DNA of 41,109 nt, taken from NCBI GenBank assembly GCA_009841725.1, contig VYGS01000046.1:31780-72888 (forward strand), given 5' to 3'. The translations under genes and the position numbers were made by a program. Numbering within the stretch: the stretch's first letter is position 1; every line of letters starts with the position of its first letter. Below are positions 39,292 to 41,109 of this stretch, in pieces. This DNA comes from Gammaproteobacteria bacterium. Its GTDB lineage: Bacteria; Pseudomonadota; Gammaproteobacteria; Arenicellales; Poriferihabitantaceae. The notes below the pieces were generated by a model. The model was not told the DNA's origin. It saw only the letters and a program-made list of their open reading frames with translations, and did not search any database.

Positions 39292-40337
39292 GCGCCCGCC
39301 TCCTGCATGGCTTCGCCGGTCTTTTTCTCGACCCGGATTCCGAACCATTCGGGACGGACGTGCATGAGCCAGCCCATGATGCCGTCGCGAAAATACACCA
39401 CGGTCACCACGATCAGGGCGCCAAGTGCCACCCACTGCCATCCGAGCAGATAGTTCCAGGTGACTTCCTTGAACAGGTGAAAGACAATCGCGCCGATGAC
39501 CGGGCCCCAGAGCGTGCCCTTTCCGCCAAGCAGGACGCACACCACCATGAAGATTCCGAGATTGATCGTCTGGTAGGCGGTTTCAAGCGGCTCGAAGTGA
39601 ATCAGCTGGAATGCCGAAATCCCGCCGGCCACGCCCACAAAGAACGCCGCGATGGACCAGGTCGTCAGCTTGTACCGAAGGGTGTGGATCCCCATCGCTT
39701 CCGCCTTTTCCTCGTCGTCTCGGATCGCGTTGATGGCCGCGCCGAAGCGCGTGGTGTACAGCCACCTGAGAAAGATGAAGATCACGGTCCCGGTTGCGGC
39801 GAACAGGGCGTAGAAAAAGATCTTGCCCTGTTCCAGATCATAGGGAAAGACCGGCAACGAGATACCCTGGCCGCCGCCCACCCAGTCCCAGTTGGAGACC
39901 AGTTCGCCGGCGGCTATCGCAACACCCAGAGTGCCAATGGCGAAGTATGGCCCGCGAAGTCCGAACGTCAGATAGCCGATGATCAGCGCCGTCACGGAAC
40001 AGAACACGCCGGCTCCCAGGATACCGAGCGCGACCCCGGTGAAGTATTGCGCATCGGTGAACCGGTAGACGTGATCGCCGAAGGCGTTGGTGTACTCGCC
40101 CACGTCATGGGTCAGCGCAATGCAGATCACGGCCGCGACATACATGCCGGTACCGTAGAAGAAGATGTTGCCCAGCGAGTTGTAGCCCATCTGTCCGCCG
40201 GTCATGTCCCATGTCAGGGCCACGATGATCATGAGCCAGAGCGTCGCCAGCTGCGTCTTGAAATCCGGCATGACGAACGGAGCCAGCAGGGTGAACAGCA
40301 GCGCGGCGCCGTAGAGAATCAGTTTTCGGGTCTTCAT
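39288..40337 (-). CDS. ABC transporter permease (LivM-like)
   Basis: GQMGYNSLG, LRGPYFAIGTL, AIRDDEEKAEAMGI, LLGGKGTLWGP; ATG at 40337. Confidence 0.92.
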   Translation of the reverse strand: MKTRKLILYGAALLFTLLAPFVMPDFKTQLATLWLMIIVALTWDMTGGQMGYNSLGNIFFYGTGMYVAAVICIALTHDVGEYTNAFGDHVYRFTDAQYFTGVALGILGAGVFCSVTALIIGYLTFGLRGPYFAIGTLGVAIAAGELVSNWDWVGGGQGISLPVFPYDLEQGKIFFYALFAATGTVIFIFLRWLYTTRFGAAINAIRDDEEKAEAMGIHTLRYKLTTWSIAAFFVGVAGGISAFQLIHFEPLETAYQTINLGIFMVVCVLLGGKGTLWGPVIGAIVFHLFKEVTWNYLLGWQWVALGALIVVTVVYFRDGIMGWLMHVRPEWFGIRVEKKTGEAMQEAGA

Positions 40338-40345
40338 GGCCGCGC

Positions 40346-41109
40346 CTATTGGAGGCTTTTCCTGACCCGCCGCTGCTGAATCAGGCGGAACAGCAATACG
40401 GCCAGCAGCAGCATGACCGCAATGGCCTGCTGGTACCCGATCCCGAAGATGTGCGAGCCGTACTGTTCGAGCGCACCGATTCCCAGGCCGGCCGCGATCA
40501 CCCCGGGCAAGTTGCCCAGGCCGGCAGCGGTGACGATCACGAAGGCCCGGATGGAGTGGGTGATGCCGTAAAACGGCTGGATGACCCAGACCATGACGAT
40601 GATCGCTCCGGCGGCTCCGCAGATGGCCGAGTTCAGCGAAAAGGTAAAGGCGTAGACCTTTTCGGTGTCGATGCCAAGCACGCGCGCCGCCCGCGCATCC
40701 TGGGCGGTTGCGCGGATCGCCTGCCCCATTCGGCTGGACTTCATGAAAATGACGACGCAGGCCGCAAGGGTTGTGGCAAGCAGCACCCCGAGCAGCTTGG
40801 CGATCGGCACATCGATGAATCCGTCGAAAAAATACAGCGTGTCGTAGTCGAGCTTGATGCTCTGCGTGTCGGACCCGAACAGGAGGTTCAGTATCTGCGC
40901 CATCATGATCGCGATGCCGAAGGTCGCCAGCAGCGAGGTGAAGAGATCCTTCTCGACCACTCTGGATATCACCAGCTTGTAGGCCACCCATCCGATGCAC
41001 CACATCACCACGAATGCGGCCGGTACGCCAAGCAGGGGGTGGACCCCCTGGTTCGCAAGCCACCACGAGACATACCCGCCCGCGATGACGAAATCCCCCT
41101 GCGCGAGAT
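40346..41109 (-). CDS. ABC transporter permease (LivH-like), 5' truncated by window edge
   Basis: LAQGDFVIAGGY at the window edge, GQAIRATAQD..AA..LGI, AGLGNL.G. Confidence 0.92.
   Translation of the reverse strand, partial: LAQGDFVIAGGYVSWWLANQGVHPLLGVPAAFVVMWCIGWVAYKLVISRVVEKDLFTSLLATFGIAIMMAQILNLLFGSDTQSIKLDYDTLYFFDGFIDVPIAKLLGVLLATTLAACVVIFMKSSRMGQAIRATAQDARAARVLGIDTEKVYAFTFSLNSAICGAAGAIIVMVWVIQPFYGITHSIRAFVIVTAAGLGNLPGVIAAGLGIGALEQYGSHIFGIGYQQAIAVMLLLAVLLFRLIQQRRVRKSLQ

Overview
GC-rich chromosomal window from a proteobacterium, most likely a gammaproteobacterial sulfur oxidiser with mixotrophic capacity (inferred from gene content only). The left half (1-22.3 kb) has pyrD, pntAB, prk and cysG mixed with many sulfur-metabolism accessory genes. 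These are two rhodaneses, a TauD-like dioxygenase, an orphan Cas6/Cmx6 homologue with no CRISPR array or other cas gene, a DsbD with a duplicated N-terminal domain, a TrpD2-like protein, two SoxW-like thioredoxins, a small secreted acidic peptide ending in Cys, a TolC plus adaptor pair with no inner-membrane pump, and a DsrC-family protein lacking the C-terminal Cys. The middle holds a taurine-dissimilation operon (ald-xsc-pta) with candidate TauR boxes, coupled to a DgcA/DgcN-like pair. Next is a lower-GC four-gene island (29.5-33.5 kb) that looks like a Menshen-type anti-phage system (DUF262, DUF3696 ATPase, RelE-like effector) preceded by an extra PD-(D/E)XK-like gene. The right end has a type II HAD, a lone bhcB-like dehydratase after malate synthase G, an 81-bp IS-end scar flanked by 17-bp direct repeats, and a Liv-type ABC transporter. 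The best candidates for an undescribed system are the orphan Cas6 locus and the thioredoxin/peptide/rhodanese/TolC periplasmic sulfur module. No rRNA, tRNA or CRISPR array was seen. All family calls come from motif recognition, not database searches.
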